Below are positions 1 through 7,663 of a DNA stretch of 10,678 nt, one piece after another. The position numbers and the translations under genes are program-made. This DNA comes from Bdellovibrionales bacterium (GTDB lineage: Bacteria; Bdellovibrionota; Bdellovibrionia; Bdellovibrionales; DASUEL01), in contig JBFWOZ010000071.1 in the NCBI GenBank assembly GCA_050250255.1, forward strand, positions 1-10,678, in the 5' to 3' direction. Position 1 is the stretch's first letter, and every line of letters begins with the position of its first letter. The notes below the pieces were generated by a model. It was not told the DNA's origin. It saw only the letters and a list, made by a program, of their open reading frames with translations, and made no database searches.

Positions 1-2
1 GA

Positions 3-101
3 GATTACGAAAAGAATACTTCAAATAGCGTCGCGATGATCCATCTTGCTATGTCTCAGCGGCTTGTAAAAAGAATAGCTTCGCTGGAGACGCTGTCATG
101 A
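3..101 (+). CDS. IS5-family transposase, C-terminal fragment (5'-partial)
   Basis: Frame 3 reads DYEKNTSNSVAMIHLAMSQRLVKRIASLETLS* (TGA 99-101), and bases 1-2 (GA) are compatible with a preceding Arg. This matches the recalled IS5/IS1031 C-terminal pattern RRLx[KR]DYE...xAMIxLAMxxxxxxRL. Confidence 0.8.
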   Translation, partial: DYEKNTSNSVAMIHLAMSQRLVKRIASLETLS

Positions 102-652
102 CTTTTCGGACACGCTCTGGAGAAGCTGAAAGAAAATACCAGAGCCTAAATTCGGGTCAGTTGTTCACCCTTGCACCTCAACCCATGGATTTAACGAAAG
201 TGATCAATGGGGAAATTCAAGAGTTTCCAGCAGACCTGTATGAAGGACACTTTGAAAAAGATGGGCAGAAGCTTGGTCAGGTTGTAGTGCACATTGCGAA
301 AGTGCTCTTTTCGCAAAAGCTGAATCCCTATGCGAAAGTGGCGAACGAATACCTTCTTTTTGGAGAATATGATGAGTACTATGCCGCTCATATCATTGGT
401 CGAAAGCCCAACTATGATGCGATTTTTCAAGTGGGAAAACCCTATTATTTAGATGTACCAAAATGTCGATCACGCGATTGTGGAACAGCTAAAAAAGTTT
501 TCCTGACAGACGAACAACTTCCAGAAAAGATCTTTTATAACTATGGAGAGATTCCTACAGAAGGAAAAATGATTGGTTCATCCAATCTCCTACAAGTTCA
601 GAGTCAAATTCTAAAAACCATTTATGTAAATGAAGAAGAGCTTGCTTTTTAA
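98..652 (+). pseudogene. Conserved hypothetical protein, probably 5'-truncated by the IS5 insertion; the first ~7 codons (MTFRTRS) are IS-derived
   Basis: 184-aa ORF. The motifs FTLAPQPMDL, FPADLYEGHFEKDG and YLLFG..EYYAAHII.RKPNYD resemble the central and C-terminal parts of an uncharacterised family whose N-terminal HGM...SHLPMF...HDYQ segment (recalled) is missing here. Confidence 0.6.
103..118. repeat. Putative right terminal inverted repeat of the IS5 element
   Basis: TTTTCGGACACGCTCT begins 2 nt after the transposase stop. The partner IR is not visible, so the exact end (117 vs 118) is uncertain. Confidence 0.6.
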
Positions 653-670
653 GCAGGCTCTTTCATTTGA

Positions 671-1285
671 TCAAACCAGCTCGCAAAGGCGAGTGAGTAC
701 TTTCTTCCAATGTTCGCGGAGTTTGATTCGAAGTCGACCCTCACGAAGCTGATCGTGTTGAAAAATGATGATGCATTTTTCTTTTCCTTGAGGAGCAACA
801 TACAATTGAAGAATAGAGGGCTTTGGCCAGGTGTCTTCCTGCCATGACAGACGAGCGCGGAGGCCTTTTTTCATTGTACGGACTTCGCCAAAAACTCCGT
901 CATCGGTTTCGTAAGATTTTTTTGCTTCAAAATTAAAAGAAGAATCGACCCCCAGCCACACTCTTAATCCTTCGGGAGAGGCAAGAAGCTCCCAGGTTTT
1001 TTTGGCATTTAAAGGAAAGCTCTTCGTAACGGTGACGTTATATTCGCCTTTTAAGTTTTGGCCTTCTACCCGACGACCCAAATGAATTTCGTAACCACCC
1101 GTCACACCCTGCTGCCACCACAAACTTAACTTGTACTTATTTTTTAGGTATTGAACGATCTGCTTATGTTCCCAAGTTTGGGCTCCGGCTTTATTGAGAA
1201 GCGCGATCCATTGATCCCAGCTTTTACCGGTGCCCTTGAGAACAGATTGTGTTGTGACTTTTCCGAGCTTTTCTATCGTAGCCAT
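671..1285 (-). CDS. DUF4287-like N-terminal domain fused to an SRPBCC/AHSA1 (START-like) domain
   Basis: N-terminal TGKSWDQWIALL...HKQIVQYL...WWQQGVTGGYE. C-terminal VTVTKSF...KTWELL.SPEGLRVWLG...RLSW...IIFQHDQL...REHWKKVL is typical of the SRPBCC fold. Confidence 0.75.
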   Translation of the reverse strand: MATIEKLGKVTTQSVLKGTGKSWDQWIALLNKAGAQTWEHKQIVQYLKNKYKLSLWWQQGVTGGYEIHLGRRVEGQNLKGEYNVTVTKSFPLNAKKTWELLASPEGLRVWLGVDSSFNFEAKKSYETDDGVFGEVRTMKKGLRARLSWQEDTWPKPSILQLYVAPQGKEKCIIIFQHDQLREGRLRIKLREHWKKVLTRLCELV

Positions 1286-1300
1286 TTGGAAACGATAAAA

Positions 1301-2080
1301 TCAGAACGCCACCGAGTCGATCATTTTTTTGAGATCCGCAGCGCTTGTCGCAATGTAGAGACAAATATTCGCGCCAAGTTGACAATAAGGAAAACCATCG
1401 GTTTTTTTGATATATCCAATCATGATGTTAATCCCCACTAACGCTCCGGCCTCATCCAGTAGAGGACCGCCACTGTTTCCAGGAAGGAGATCGGCGTCAT
1501 GATAGTGGTGAATGCCACCTGCAACAGGAACACCCGTAAAACGCTTTCCGCTGGAAACACGTTTCGTGAAATCCTCACCGTCTGATTTTGGCCCCACCCA
1601 TTTACGTCGTTCGCTGAGATTGGGGTGCCCGATGGTATAAACCACATGACCGTTCCCAAACTTTGTAAGATCCGCGAGCGGCACAGGTGTCACCGCCATC
1701 TCGCCTGGCACTTCGACAGAAAGAAGCGCTAAATCTAGAGCCGCATTTTTTGCGAGCACTTTTACAGATGTTGCAGAGGCTGTTTTTTCATTTTGGGTTT
1801 CAAAAAAGATGATCATTCTTGCGTCGACCGCATGATTAGCCGTAGCGATAAGTGCGAGATTTCGAGTCGAGTTAAACCCAACGATCACTCCGGTCCCAAC
1901 ACCTTTAGAATTGTTTCGTAAAAAACCGTTCGACTCTACACGTACTGTCGCCATCCAGGCTTGCTGGAGCACTGAAGGTAAGCCGTTCGAGCCATTACTA
2001 AATCCAGGATCTGCCTGAAGGGAAACGCCAAATAACAGCGTAGAAATTGCTAATATTTGAGTGATTTTTGTAAATGTCAT
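1301..2080 (-). CDS. Secreted trypsin-like serine protease (S1/Trypsin_2), no PDZ domain
   Basis: Catalytic triad motifs ATANHAV (His), DLALL (Asp) and PGNSGGPL (Ser), plus GTGVIV. The ATG at 2080 follows GGGGGGA and starts a signal peptide (MTFTKITQILAISTLLFGVSLQA). The start at 2107 is less likely. Confidence 0.9.
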   Translation of the reverse strand: MTFTKITQILAISTLLFGVSLQADPGFSNGSNGLPSVLQQAWMATVRVESNGFLRNNSKGVGTGVIVGFNSTRNLALIATANHAVDARMIIFFETQNEKTASATSVKVLAKNAALDLALLSVEVPGEMAVTPVPLADLTKFGNGHVVYTIGHPNLSERRKWVGPKSDGEDFTKRVSSGKRFTGVPVAGGIHHYHDADLLPGNSGGPLLDEAGALVGINIMIGYIKKTDGFPYCQLGANICLYIATSAADLKKMIDSVAF

Positions 2081-2220
2081 TTGTCCCCCCGGAGAAAGAA
2101 GGACCATCTCAAAGAAAGTCGAGATTTGTCATCGGCAGGCCAAATTGAGGGAGTTTTTTTAAAGATTTTTCAGCAGAACACAATAAAAGCACTTTGATTC
2201 CTGAATTTTGTTCCCATCCC

Positions 2221-2236
2221 TGGGCATAAATTTGCA
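2221..2236 (+). promoter_or_regulatory. Possible sigma54 (-24/-12) promoter
   Basis: TGGGCATAAATTTGCA has GG-N10-GC spacing and a TTGCA -12 element, about 40 nt upstream of the ATG at 2279. The -24 element deviates from TGGCAC. Confidence 0.35.
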
Positions 2237-2278
2237 CCTCTTGCCGCCAGATCACTTGAATCACGAGGCACGTTTTTG

Positions 2279-3565
2279 ATGAAAAAGCTGATTTTCAATT
2301 CCATTTCACTGACTTTGTGTCTTTCCATCGTTTTATGGTCGTTCCAAAGTTTTGCGAATTCCACAAATCTAAAAATTGATTGGTCTGAAAAAGCACGCGT
2401 AAATGTTCGGGGTTTAGGTGTAAAAAGTTGTCAAGTGGCACTCGCGCCCATAGAAAACGGCAAACAAAACGACATGCAGGGCACACTCCTTTCAACCTCA
2501 AACAGAGTCGAAGATTTTAAAGCCGTCCTCCCGAACATTTTAAATGAAAAAGGTAGAGAAGCTTTACGTGGTGTTTTGTATGTCGGAGGAGTTGACCTTC
2601 AAGCAGAAGCCAAAGTTCAAAAAGAATATGAGACGATACTCCGTGAAGCAGGAATTGATTCATCACATACGAAAGTCACCGTTTTCTCTGTGCCTAAAAA
2701 AGCCACAATCCAATCGATGCGCAATCTTGCGGGACATTGGACAGATCGTTTTCGTGATCTTATGTTCAGCAAACACAAAGATCTTGTGACTCCTCAGAGC
2801 GACGAAATTAAAAATGGCATCATTACAAACACAGCCGTAGAAGTTTTTAATTACTTAGCCGTTGGCAGCGTAATGACAGGAGTAGATGCTGGCTTAACCA
2901 TTGCTCTTCACGCGACTGTTTTAGGATCTTACATTGTTTGGACCCAATCTATGACGAATTGGTATATGCGACATCATCCGTCCTATGCAGCCGCGTTTTT
3001 AAAAACAATGGTCACGAGCGCTCCTTTTATCGCAATTTATGGAACTGCCAGTAGGTTCACCCCAATCTTAAATTATGTACAAACTCATTCTCTTGAAGAT
3101 ATCAAATGGCGCGTGCTTTCAGAGTCTGGAGCGCTTGGATTACATATGATTGGTTTAACGGGACTTCTTCAAACATTTTTCTATATGTCACTCAATAACG
3201 TCGTTGGAAATTGGGTGGAAAGTAAGAGTGGCGCCGACAAAGATACCGCAAGGGCTGCAGCCCCATGGATTAAAGCCCCCTTTCAACTTCCTGACGCTGT
3301 TCTCTTAACTATGGCCTCAGCCAATACCCCTGTGCCATTCACGAACATACCCAATTTCGTTTTTTACCCTAATCCTATAGCAGACGTAACACTCGCACAT
3401 GCGGGCCTTGCCGCTCTGGGATTAGGCGTGTTTGTAATGAAATACAAACCTGATCTTTTAGATCCCACCCTCCGCTGGTATAGAGCTTACGAAAAAGCAA
3501 AAAAACGCTTTTGGGATGAAGGCCTCACAGTTCCCCACTACGGACTTCCACCTGATTCATATTGA
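2279..3565 (+). CDS. Hypothetical protein with a signal peptide and several hydrophobic (likely transmembrane) segments
   Basis: 428-aa ORF from ATG 2279 with GAGG upstream. Signal-like MKKLIFNSISLTLCLSIVLWSFQSFA, a soluble ~150-aa region, then hydrophobic stretches such as LTIALHATVLGSYIVW, LGLHMIGLTGLLQTFFY and LAHAGLAALGLGVFVM. Confidence 0.8.
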   Translation: MKKLIFNSISLTLCLSIVLWSFQSFANSTNLKIDWSEKARVNVRGLGVKSCQVALAPIENGKQNDMQGTLLSTSNRVEDFKAVLPNILNEKGREALRGVLYVGGVDLQAEAKVQKEYETILREAGIDSSHTKVTVFSVPKKATIQSMRNLAGHWTDRFRDLMFSKHKDLVTPQSDEIKNGIITNTAVEVFNYLAVGSVMTGVDAGLTIALHATVLGSYIVWTQSMTNWYMRHHPSYAAAFLKTMVTSAPFIAIYGTASRFTPILNYVQTHSLEDIKWRVLSESGALGLHMIGLTGLLQTFFYMSLNNVVGNWVESKSGADKDTARAAAPWIKAPFQLPDAVLLTMASANTPVPFTNIPNFVFYPNPIADVTLAHAGLAALGLGVFVMKYKPDLLDPTLRWYRAYEKAKKRFWDEGLTVPHYGLPPDSY

Positions 3566-3594
3566 GACACTTTTTTAGTTTGTCTCGTACTGAC

Positions 3595-3622
3595 TAAAGT
3601 CCCTTGAGAGAAGGGCCGAAAA
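3595..3622 (+). promoter_or_regulatory. Sigma28/FliA-type promoter
   Basis: TAAA (3595-3598)-N16-GCCGAAAA (3615-3622), compared with the consensus TAAA-N15/16-GCCGATAA. Confidence 0.65.
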
Positions 3623-3628
3623 GTCATT

Positions 3629-4054
3629 ATGCAATCTCGTTGGAATTACTTTATTAGACGACTTACAAAGCTCTTCCCTCTGATCTCAGCGACTCTTTTG
3701 ATTCTGCTCGCTTACCAAAACTGTGGTCAAACGCAGATGGGTCAAAATCAAACTCAGGCCTCTGATCCTCTCGTCTATAAAATTGATGTAGATCCTAACG
3801 AACGCACAGATGGCACGATGGATTGTTTTAATCCTAATGTCGATTCTACTACAACTGTTGATGTGACTTCGATCTTCTTTCCAGAAAACGGAAACGCTCC
3901 CGAGATTTCTGTGAATTGGCATGCATGTGTAGATCAGCTCGATGGACGCGAAATTCGCGCGTTCTTTCTTAAGAGCTCCGACGAAACTCAAACAACGTTC
4001 GCGCTCAGCGTGATCCGTCAGAGTTTCCTGAATACCCCTATCCTCGTTAAATAG
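3629..4054 (+). CDS. Hypothetical small lipoprotein or secreted protein with an xQNC motif
   Basis: 141 aa. Basic N-region, hydrophobic core LFPLISATLLILLA, then YQNC-GQ, and two further Cys residues. The 3' end overlaps the kefC 3' end by 8 bp. Confidence 0.7.
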   Translation: MQSRWNYFIRRLTKLFPLISATLLILLAYQNCGQTQMGQNQTQASDPLVYKIDVDPNERTDGTMDCFNPNVDSTTTVDVTSIFFPENGNAPEISVNWHACVDQLDGREIRAFFLKSSDETQTTFALSVIRQSFLNTPILVK

Positions 4055-5855
4055 GATGCCAGCCCTCTTCCTGCTGCTTCAGCACCATTGCATCCTCTTC
4101 AAACATCTTCTCTAAATCTGCCCCAGCCTGCTTCGCCTTAGCGACAAGCTGAACTTGATCCTTGCGGGTAGGATGAATGTCGCGGATCATTTGATTATTG
4201 TGCTCTCGAAACTTATGAGAGGCCGTGACCGCTTGATAGGCGGGATAACCTAAATGCTTTAAAACATCTACCCCTAGCCGCAAAGAGGATTCAAAGGTCT
4301 CTCTCTCAAAGAGGTGCACCTTACGGTCCAAAAGCTCATAGACATGCTGCACATTTCTTGCTCGGGCGAAAATTGTGAGATGTGGAAAATGCTGTTTCGC
4401 CAAATCGATCAATTTTAAATTATCCGCAACGTTATCAATCGCCACGACGAGAACTTTCGCATTGGCGGCTCCGGCGGACTCTAGCAAATCAAGGCGCGTG
4501 GCATCTCCATAATAAACCTTAAAACCAAAACGCCTGAGCGATTCAATCTGATCCGGTTCGTGATCCAAGATTGTTGCTGGAATTTTATTGGCGAAAAGAA
4601 GACGGCCAACGATTTGCCCGAAGCGACCAAAACCCGCAATGATCACCGGATTATTTTGCTCCTCAATGGTATCTGCCACTCGTTCTTTCTTAGGATTTAA
4701 GAAAGGTTCAATCACAAAATCATGAAACTTCACTACAAAAGGTGTGGCGAGCATTGAAAAAGCGACGGTCGCCAGCAAAACTCCTACGATATCTCCACTC
4801 AAAATTTTAAAAGCTTGGGCAGCACCAAAAAGAACAAAAGCAAACTCTCCCACCTGCGCAATTACGAGAGAGAAAAAAGGAAGTTGCATTTTAGGGAGAC
4901 GAAAAAACCGACCTACGGCAAAATGAACCGCTGTTTTTAAGATAAAGACTGAAAGTGCGAGAGCTAAAATCAAAAATGGTTGATTCTGAATACTTCCAAA
5001 GTCGATCGACATCCCGACCGAAATAAAAAAGAGTCCGAGTAAAAGTCCTTTAAAGGGTTCAATATCCGTCTCTAAAGCGTGTCGGTACTCACTGTCTGCG
5101 AGAAGCACTCCCGCCAAGAAAGCACCCAAAGCCATAGAGATTTCAAGCCAGTGCATGAGCGCGGCCATTCCAAAAACGAGAAATAAGGCGAAGGCTGTAA
5201 AAATATCACGCATGTGAGTTGAAGCGATAATTCGTAAAATGTGTCTTAAGAGAATGCGTCCCACGGTAATTACCGTAAGAAGAACACCGAAAACTTTTAA
5301 TGCGACTAAGGCTTTCTCACTCCCCGTGCTACTAGCGTTATTACTCACACCCAAAATTGGCAAGAGCGCAATCATTGCGATAACGGCGATGTCCTGAAAA
5401 AGTAAAATGGAAAAAGCCGCTTGTCCGCTGGTGGTGGTGAGCTGGTTTTTTTCTTTTAAAACCTGTAGCGCAATCGCCGTTGAAGAAAGAGAAAAACCCA
5501 TTCCCACGAGGAAGGAAACACTCCAGCTGTAGCCGAGCAAAATTCCTAAAAGGGTAAAAACAAAAGTATTTAATAAAACTTGCGCTCCACCCATTCCAAA
5601 AATGGGAACACGAAGCTGCCATAATTTTTTAGGTTCTAATTCAAGACCGATAATAAATAAAAGCAGAACGACGCCAAATTCTGAAAAATGAAGTATGTCA
5701 GTCACGTTACTGATGAGTTTCAATCCCCAAGGACCGATCACCACTCCCGCTACGAGATAACCAAGTACCGAGCCCAAACCTAATCGATGAAAGATGGGTA
5801 CGCTGATAATAGCTGACAGTAAAAAAACAAGCGCGTTGAGTAAAAAGTGTTCCAT
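4047..5855 (-). CDS. kefC: Glutathione-regulated K+/H+ efflux antiporter (CPA2 domain plus KTN domain)
   Basis: LGLGSVLGYL, SEFGVVLLLFIIGLELEP, LLFQDIAVI, regulatory loop HALETDIEPFKGLLLGLFF (KefC-type HALESDIEP), and KTN motifs IIAGFGRFGQIVGRLL, YYGDATR and ERETFES. Confidence 0.93.
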   Translation of the reverse strand: MEHFLLNALVFLLSAIISVPIFHRLGLGSVLGYLVAGVVIGPWGLKLISNVTDILHFSEFGVVLLLFIIGLELEPKKLWQLRVPIFGMGGAQVLLNTFVFTLLGILLGYSWSVSFLVGMGFSLSSTAIALQVLKEKNQLTTTSGQAAFSILLFQDIAVIAMIALLPILGVSNNASSTGSEKALVALKVFGVLLTVITVGRILLRHILRIIASTHMRDIFTAFALFLVFGMAALMHWLEISMALGAFLAGVLLADSEYRHALETDIEPFKGLLLGLFFISVGMSIDFGSIQNQPFLILALALSVFILKTAVHFAVGRFFRLPKMQLPFFSLVIAQVGEFAFVLFGAAQAFKILSGDIVGVLLATVAFSMLATPFVVKFHDFVIEPFLNPKKERVADTIEEQNNPVIIAGFGRFGQIVGRLLFANKIPATILDHEPDQIESLRRFGFKVYYGDATRLDLLESAGAANAKVLVVAIDNVADNLKLIDLAKQHFPHLTIFARARNVQHVYELLDRKVHLFERETFESSLRLGVDVLKHLGYPAYQAVTASHKFREHNNQMIRDIHPTRKDQVQLVAKAKQAGADLEKMFEEDAMVLKQQEEGWHPI

Positions 5856-6412
5856 TAAAGCGTCATCCCCGGCTGATATTGTTTATTAGAAAACGTCACG
5901 AGATGATCACGCACTTTTTCTGCATGTGCTTCCATTGCCTCTTGTGAGGCACGGATAGAACCAAAAAACATCAGTGGTTTTTCCCAATGCATTCCGCAAA
6001 GTCGAGCCGTCTGTATGTAGAGCGGTAGAAAACTCTCGATAGGAAAGTGATTGTAACCTGACTCTTGATAAGAATCTGATGGCCCACCCACAGTCATGGA
6101 AAGAAGCAGGCGCTTACCTTTTAAAGAATTTCCACCTGGTCCATAAGCAAAACCTGATTCGAGTACAACATCTAACCACTCTTTAAGAAGTGCCGGCATG
6201 CTGTACCAATAAAAAGGATGCTGGAGTACAATGAGATCGTGTTCCAGAAGAAGTTTTTGTTCTCTCTGCACGTTGATGAAAAAATAAGGATACTCTTCGT
6301 ACAAATTATGAATCGTCACGTTTGGCAAATCACGAATGCGCTCGATGATGATTCGATTGGCCTTGGAATTTTGATGATTGGGATGTGCAAAGAGAACGAG
6401 CGTCTTTTTCAT
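5855..6412 (-). CDS. kefG: Kef ancillary NAD(P)H oxidoreductase (flavodoxin-like fold), KefG/KefF family
   Basis: LFAHP...SKANR, HNLYEEYP, QHPFYWYSMPALLKEWLD and GFAYGPGG..LKGK. Its TAA overlaps the kefC ATG (TAATG). The KefG vs KefF naming is uncertain. Confidence 0.88.
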   Translation of the reverse strand: MKKTLVLFAHPNHQNSKANRIIIERIRDLPNVTIHNLYEEYPYFFINVQREQKLLLEHDLIVLQHPFYWYSMPALLKEWLDVVLESGFAYGPGGNSLKGKRLLLSMTVGGPSDSYQESGYNHFPIESFLPLYIQTARLCGMHWEKPLMFFGSIRASQEAMEAHAEKVRDHLVTFSNKQYQPGMTL

Positions 6413-6427
6413 TGCACTGATCTTAGA

Positions 6428-7663
6428 TCAGTTGCGTTTCAGAGAACAAATATAAAATCCATCATAGCCATCTAAATCTGGCCAGAGACGCAGCTCTTCT
6501 ACCTTTTTCCACTGAGCGTTAGCTTCGAGAAAGCGAGAAACTTGCTTTTCATTCTCGCTTGGCAGGAGGCTGCAGGTTGCGTACACCATCCGCCCACCAG
6601 GCTTTACCATCTCCGAATAACCCGAAAGAATTTGTGCCTGAGTTTCTAAAAGTTCTTTAATATTGTCTTCCGTTAATTTCCACCTGGAGTCGGGATTGCG
6701 TCTCCACACACCAATACCCGAGCAAGGGACATCTAAAAGAAGGGCGTCTGCAGTTTCTTTTAGACGTTTGATGGTCTTTGTGGACTCGATAGGCTTTGTT
6801 TCTACGATATCTACTCCAGCACGACGATTGCGAAGCTTTAATTCCTGCAATTTTCTCTCTTCGACATCCATCGCGATGATCTTGCCCTTATTTTTCATAA
6901 GAGCCGCCATATGCAGCGTTTTTCCGCCGGCACCCGCGCAGGCATCAATCACTCGTTCACCGGGTTGCGGATTCAGCATTAACGCCACTCTCTGTGAAGA
7001 GGCATCCTGCATTTCGAAAAAACCTTTTTTAAACTCTTCGGTTTTAAAAACATTCTCACGCTTTTTTAAGACTAAAGCTTGCGGAGACAGTTCCACCTCC
7101 GTGGTTTCCGTACCGTTAGCCTGCAAATATTTTTGTAATTCTGATTTTGAAATCTTTAAGGTATTTGCTCTTAAAACGACCGGAGCAATTTTATTCATGG
7201 CCTGCAAACTTGGTTCCCATCGCTCCCCCAACTCCTCGAAAGCCAACTGATCAATCCAGTCAGGAACACTTTGGCGTATGGCGCGCGACACGTTTTGCTT
7301 TTTTCTATTTTGCACTTGAGACAATGGGAAATCTTCTAGCTCTGCCCACTGAGGCAATTCGTCATTCGTTTGTGCACCTTCATTTGTGATTCCACCTAAT
7401 TCACCACGAACGATGAGCCAAGCTCCCAAAAGATAATAACCATGTCTTTCTAAATCAGGTTCTTCATCCAACAAATACCAGAGATAACGCCACCAGCGAG
7501 TGATTCCATAAACAGTTTCGGCAAAAAAACGGCGATCTCGTGCGCCCCACTTAGGATGATTTCGAAATTGTCTTTCGATCACCTTATCCGCGTAATAGCC
7601 TTCAACAAAAATATCATTGAGGGCGACGAGAATAGATTGAGCTATGTGAAAATGGAGTTTCAA
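6428..7663 (-). CDS. RsmB/NOP (Fmu/Sun-like) SAM-dependent RNA m5C methyltransferase
   Basis: LRANTLK, FEMQDASSQ, motif I VIDACAGAGGKT, catalytic Cys motifs DVPCSG and YATCS, and DGFY near the C-terminus. The TTG start overlaps the upstream TGA stop. Confidence 0.92.
   Translation of the reverse strand: MKLHFHIAQSILVALNDIFVEGYYADKVIERQFRNHPKWGARDRRFFAETVYGITRWWRYLWYLLDEEPDLERHGYYLLGAWLIVRGELGGITNEGAQTNDELPQWAELEDFPLSQVQNRKKQNVSRAIRQSVPDWIDQLAFEELGERWEPSLQAMNKIAPVVLRANTLKISKSELQKYLQANGTETTEVELSPQALVLKKRENVFKTEEFKKGFFEMQDASSQRVALMLNPQPGERVIDACAGAGGKTLHMAALMKNKGKIIAMDVEERKLQELKLRNRRAGVDIVETKPIESTKTIKRLKETADALLLDVPCSGIGVWRRNPDSRWKLTEDNIKELLETQAQILSGYSEMVKPGGRMVYATCSLLPSENEKQVSRFLEANAQWKKVEELRLWPDLDGYDGFYICSLKRN

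Larger units (their letters stand above)
1..118 (+). mobile_element. Right end of an IS5-family (IS1031-like) insertion sequence, partial at the window edge
   Basis: A transposase-like C-terminus (3..101) is followed directly by TTTTCGGACACGCTC(T) at 103..117/118. Its reverse complement (A)GAGCGTGTCCGAAAA resembles the GAG-starting terminal IRs of IS5-family elements. The left end is not in the window. Confidence 0.75.

Noticed and set aside
2129..2161. Minus-strand GCCGATGA as a sigma28 -10 box for the protease
   Set aside because: The nearest TAAA is 21 nt away rather than 15-16, so there is no properly spaced -35.
3601..3615. CCCTT-GAGAG-AAGGG hairpin as a terminator
   Set aside because: The stem is only 5 bp, there is no U-tract, and it lies essentially within the sigma28 promoter spacer.
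6663..7250. 195-aa plus-strand ORF and the other short overlapping ORFs (e.g. 191-430, 1151-1441, 3686-3991, 7705-8043)
   Set aside because: They are antisense or alternate-frame shadows of better-supported genes and have no recognisable motifs.
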